Below are positions 62,601 to 64,000 of a stretch of 64,000 nucleotides of DNA, piece by piece (position 1 is the stretch's first letter; the number at the start of each line of letters is the position of its first letter). The notes below the pieces were generated by a model, which was not told the origin of the DNA, ran no database searches, and saw only the letters and a program-made list of their open reading frames with translations. Position numbers and translations under genes: made by a program. The DNA comes from an uncultured Verrucomicrobiae bacterium (GTDB taxonomy: Bacteria; Verrucomicrobiota; Verrucomicrobiia; Limisphaerales; Palsa-1400), in NCBI GenBank assembly GCA_963702845.1, contig OY969763.1, forward strand, positions 2,080,001 through 2,144,000, written 5' to 3'.

Positions 62601-64000
62601 TACTAAAGGAGGCAGCTCCATTTCCTGCAGCTGTACCGATATCCTGTGTCGTCGTGCCTTGCAACGGACCGCTGCCGGCGATGAGCGACATCGTGAGATT
62701 TAGATGGGCAGGGAGGCCTACGCTCGAGTTATTACCAAACGTGTCTTGCGCAACCAGCGAAGGCTGGCTGCCGAAGGCAGCGCCCGCCGTTGCAGAACCG
62801 GGCTGGCTCACGATAATCAAATGGTCAGCCGCGGCTGGTGTGACCGTCACCGTGCTCGAGTTCGTCCCGGTAAGTCCAGTGGCGCTGAACGAAATCGTGA
62901 TGTTGTTTGCGACATTGTGAGAAAGATTCGTATAAGTGACCGCGCCACTCGATGCCGTCAATGTCAGTGTCCCTTGCAATGTTCCTGACCCCGAGTTGCG
63001 TGCTGCAGTGATCGTCGTGGCGCTGTCTTCCGAAATCAGGTTTCCAAATTGATCCTGGATTGCGATCACCGGTTGCTGCGCGAACAGCTGGCCTGCGACA
63101 GCAGTGGATGAAGGTTGTGTCTGAATCCCAAGCTGCGCTGCCGCGGCGTGGTTAACGACAAAAACAGAACTCAACCCGCTGCTAAGACCTGATGCTGCTG
63201 CTGAAAGCTGTTTGTCATTGCCGGCCGAATCAATGCGTAGATTGGTGAAAGAAACCAATCCGTTGCCGGCGCCAGTTCCGATGTCTTGCGTGACCGTGCC
63301 TTGCAAAGGTCCTGTTCCCACCGCTAGGATCATCGTCACCGACAAGCTCGATGGCAAGCCTACTGACGAATCGTTACCAAACGCGTCCTTGGATTTAACC
63401 GAAGGCTGGCTGCCGAAAATCGATCCCGCCGTAGCTGATCCGGGCTGCGCAGTAAACATCAGGTGATTCGCCGCCGCAGGACTGACCGCAATTGAAGTAG
63501 ATTCCACCGCACTCAACGAACCGCTCGTAAAAAGAACCGTGATTGCTCCCGCCACATTGTGCGACAGATTCGCAAAGCTCGCGACACCGGCAGAAACCGT
63601 CGCGGTCACCGTTCCTTGCAACGTGCCAGCGCCCGCATTACGCGCCGCCGTGATCACCGTGCTATTGTCGTCGTTCACCAAATTGCCGAACGCGTCCTGA
63701 ATTCGAACGAGCGGCTGCTGCGCAAACGCGACACCGGCGGTAGCCGTCGAGGAAGGTTGTCGCTGGATTGCCAACGCCGCCGCCGCCGCATGATTGACTG
63801 AGAACACGGTGCTCGCTGCGCTCGTTAATCCACTCGCGCTGGCGGTCAGTTGTTTGTCAGTGCCTGCTACATCAATTCGTAAGTTGGTGAAAGTCACCGT
63901 GCCATTTCCTGCAGCAGTGCCGATGTCCTGAGTTGTCGTTCCCAACAACGCGCCAGCCCCGGACGTCAAAGCAACGCTCACATTCAAGGTCGACGACAAG
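56680..64000 (-). CDS. Giant surface adhesin-like protein (partial, more than 2439 aa): alternating Ig-like repeats, FG-GAP/VCBS propeller, cadherin-like domains, C-terminal beta-rich domain
   Basis: Repeated L.I..QP...A.AG..F..QP.V...D.FGN units; DLNGDG..DL.VAN repeats; VNDPPTF/IDDPPSF; C-terminal GTYNGLFYE...SSGFFT; ORF open to the window end. Confidence 0.9.
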   Translation of the reverse strand, partial: LSSTLNVSVALTSGAGALLGTTTQDIGTAAGNGTVTFTNLRIDVAGTDKQLTASASGLTSAASTVFSVNHAAAAALAIQRQPSSTATAGVAFAQQPLVRIQDAFGNLVNDDNSTVITAARNAGAGTLQGTVTATVSAGVASFANLSHNVAGAITVLFTSGSLSAVESTSIAVSPAAANHLMFTAQPGSATAGSIFGSQPSVKSKDAFGNDSSVGLPSSLSVTMILAVGTGPLQGTVTQDIGTGAGNGLVSFTNLRIDSAGNDKQLSAAASGLSSGLSSVFVVNHAAAAQLGIQTQPSSTAVAGQLFAQQPVIAIQDQFGNLISEDSATTITAARNSGSGTLQGTLTLTASSGAVTYTNLSHNVANNITISFSATGLTGTNSSTVTVTPAAADHLIIVSQPGSATAGAAFGSQPSLVAQDTFGNNSSVGLPAHLNLTMSLIAGSGPLQGTTTQDIGTAAGNGAASFSNLRIDVAGNNKQLSASAGGLTGVSSSVFTVAHAAASTLTIQQQPSSSATAGVAFAQQPIVRIEDGFGNLITEDNSTVITATRNAGSGTLQGTLNVTVVGGVATYAGLSHNVANTITITFSSGGLGSATSTSINVSPTSASKLVILTQPGATAIAGQTFSPQPIVAIEDSFNNIVTSDNSSLVVVTRTFSGALQGTLSATAASGVATFANLSETEATTMTLDFTSGSLTGARSSSITINPAAADHLAIAIQPSSVATAGTAFVTQPVIQIQDQYNNVLTSDNSSVVTAVRSSGAGTLQGTASVTASGGVATFANLFHTVAGNITILFSSGSLSTAISSSVQINPANANHLAFTIQPGSATAGSVFGAQPVVRSYDAYGNASTSGLGASLPISLTLQSGTGPLQGTTTLDIGTANGNGSVSFTNLRIDAAGTGKQLQASASGLTSVSSSTFPVAHASAAQLVIQTQPSTNATAGDILTNQPVIQIADNYGNTITEDNSTAVTASLHGGGTGIEGTLTITAASGIVTFTNIYFDFAANVQLDFNGGSFPAVTSDTIHVGPAAGSRLLIDTQPAATAIAGQVFSSQPILSVRDAFGNISTGDNVTQVTVTRTAGGTLVGTTTITAVNGVFTFTDIAETVAGSMTLTFSSVGLTSVTSTSIQVAPGPLAELLVHLQPSSPITAGQLFPQQPVVWLMDAYGNLETTDNTTQVTASRINGVGTLRGTTTMTAVGGIVTYTNLTHFNATVLNLQFTASSVNAVSDPVTVIAGPATHLSFTQLPASELAGHIFGTQPIVQTTDAFGNIASGIPSTLPVTISIATGTGYLFGTATIDAGSTAGNGVATFTNLQINAFGDKQLAASAPGFTNAISDTLTMTGTVQPFAAYGVGDSIGGTPDSIWVGNFRAASTARDVVVGNYSDNTITIRLSHDDGTFGATTTYSVAGHPVAVRSADLNGDGYEDLVIAYADTNMVTVMMSTGAHGTNFATGVNYITSASPNSGISAIFLTDLNGDGHQDLIVANSVDNTVSVLLGTSAFGFTSPTTYNVGTKPMWIHVADMNGDNRQDIITANYTSGTVTILPGQVGGTFGSAQTITLFPGGNPKPIRVVTPDVNRDGRLDIAVVNYGSNTLSILLQQSNGTYTMSTNYNVGTHPIDFFLRDLDGNGISDLAVLNSGSGTVDLFFNNGTGSYLTGGTIAVGPGPISMFGGKFSSAFNLNALIVADNVASNISVLSYTGPVAESQTVTMSEDHVTSIVLGAHNAFFPQIFNFTITQSPAHGTLTGTPPSMIYTPATNYFGADSFAFIADGAGVTSAVATVTIAVQGVNDPPTFTMATNRIVLIQGAPAFTFAHLITSSSVGPTNETAQTNSFVITNLNPGAFSTQPKISAAGTLTFKLSPDFKGTNDLVVYAKDSATTARGGVNLSAGQILSIVVLRVDKAPVVKTIPTVTMLEDSTTNITITVTDADDAPENISVTAISLSESIIPTANIGITGPVGTNFFISLTPAPDANGAASIQLLVSDGQDTTIATVHVNITAIDDPPSFNIPAPDISALEDSSTITVSNFCTSISAGPANEVAQTLTFVIGSTNKAAFTTQPAIDKNGTLKFRPALAYVGTNYFTICLKDSGTTANAGVNVSGTNAFSIAITTNNFRHITGTYNGLFYEDAGVSHSSSGFFTFTLGYSRTFSGSMKTGGGTYPMSGLFDTNGDAHITVKRTGKVSLTADLEVDLLGDSDEVNGDVTDGTWDATLLGDRTPTTAPIGTVGKFNVAFIGNGDGVANMGGDAIGVVTVTAANRLSLSGSLPDRTILSQTMALSKNGQWPLYVPLYSGAGSMIGWVTVTNDTQPLQVQPDGISLIKTNNNKTYYPAGFTNTFSIESGVSVPFQFGVPVISTNGTVTCSNGNLFGDEVGVYAMSTNNIFFADTSVDKFKLTFDKSAGYLNGSFLNPGSATVTPIKAILIPSLNEVRGYFYTPSQSGAFLLQGN

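Noticed and set aside
57175..63801. Numerous plus-strand ORFs within the adhesin
   Set aside because: Antisense shadows of a repetitive coding sequence

Overview
A 64-kb chromosomal window from a bacterium that most resembles Verrucomicrobiota subdivision 3 (Pedosphaera-like). That assignment is an inference from lineage-typical hypothetical proteins, C-terminal domains and repeats. Many genes, including lptD and proA, carry single-base frameshifts that look like long-read indel errors. Main blocks: (1) 1-15.9 kb: aspT/aspD converging on a long minus-strand operon (exported asparaginase, lipoprotein glutaminase, DcaP-type porin, TRIC channel, RND pump, PPK2, membrane protein, SulP), a probable amino-acid-deamidation acid-resistance/energy island. 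(2) 16-25.5 kb: accessory region with stress-type small proteins, two orphan histidine kinases, a gene remnant, an orphan ORF bracketed by a perfect 46-bp direct repeat that is part of a three-hairpin element, and an HTH gene followed by 10-11-bp phased repeats. (3) 25.5-38.7 kb: housekeeping genes (LbH protein, DinG-family helicase, HAD-glpD-glpT, trpB, a secreted beta-rich protein, MidA-type methyltransferase, lptD). (4) 38.7-46.5 kb: two tandem secreted NucA-type nucleases with lamin-tail and IPT/TIG domains, a translationally coupled helical-repeat partner with a decayed second copy, and nupC. (5) 46.5-56.6 kb: TAXI-like protein, ATP-grasp protein, proA, a repeat-rich patch with a DUF3486-like gene and an integron-like solitary cassette, a desaturase and aspS. 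(6) 56.7-64 kb: the 3' part of a giant Ig-repeat/FG-GAP surface protein. I saw no rRNA, tRNA, CRISPR array or intact transposase/integrase. All family assignments come from recognising motifs by eye, not from database searches.
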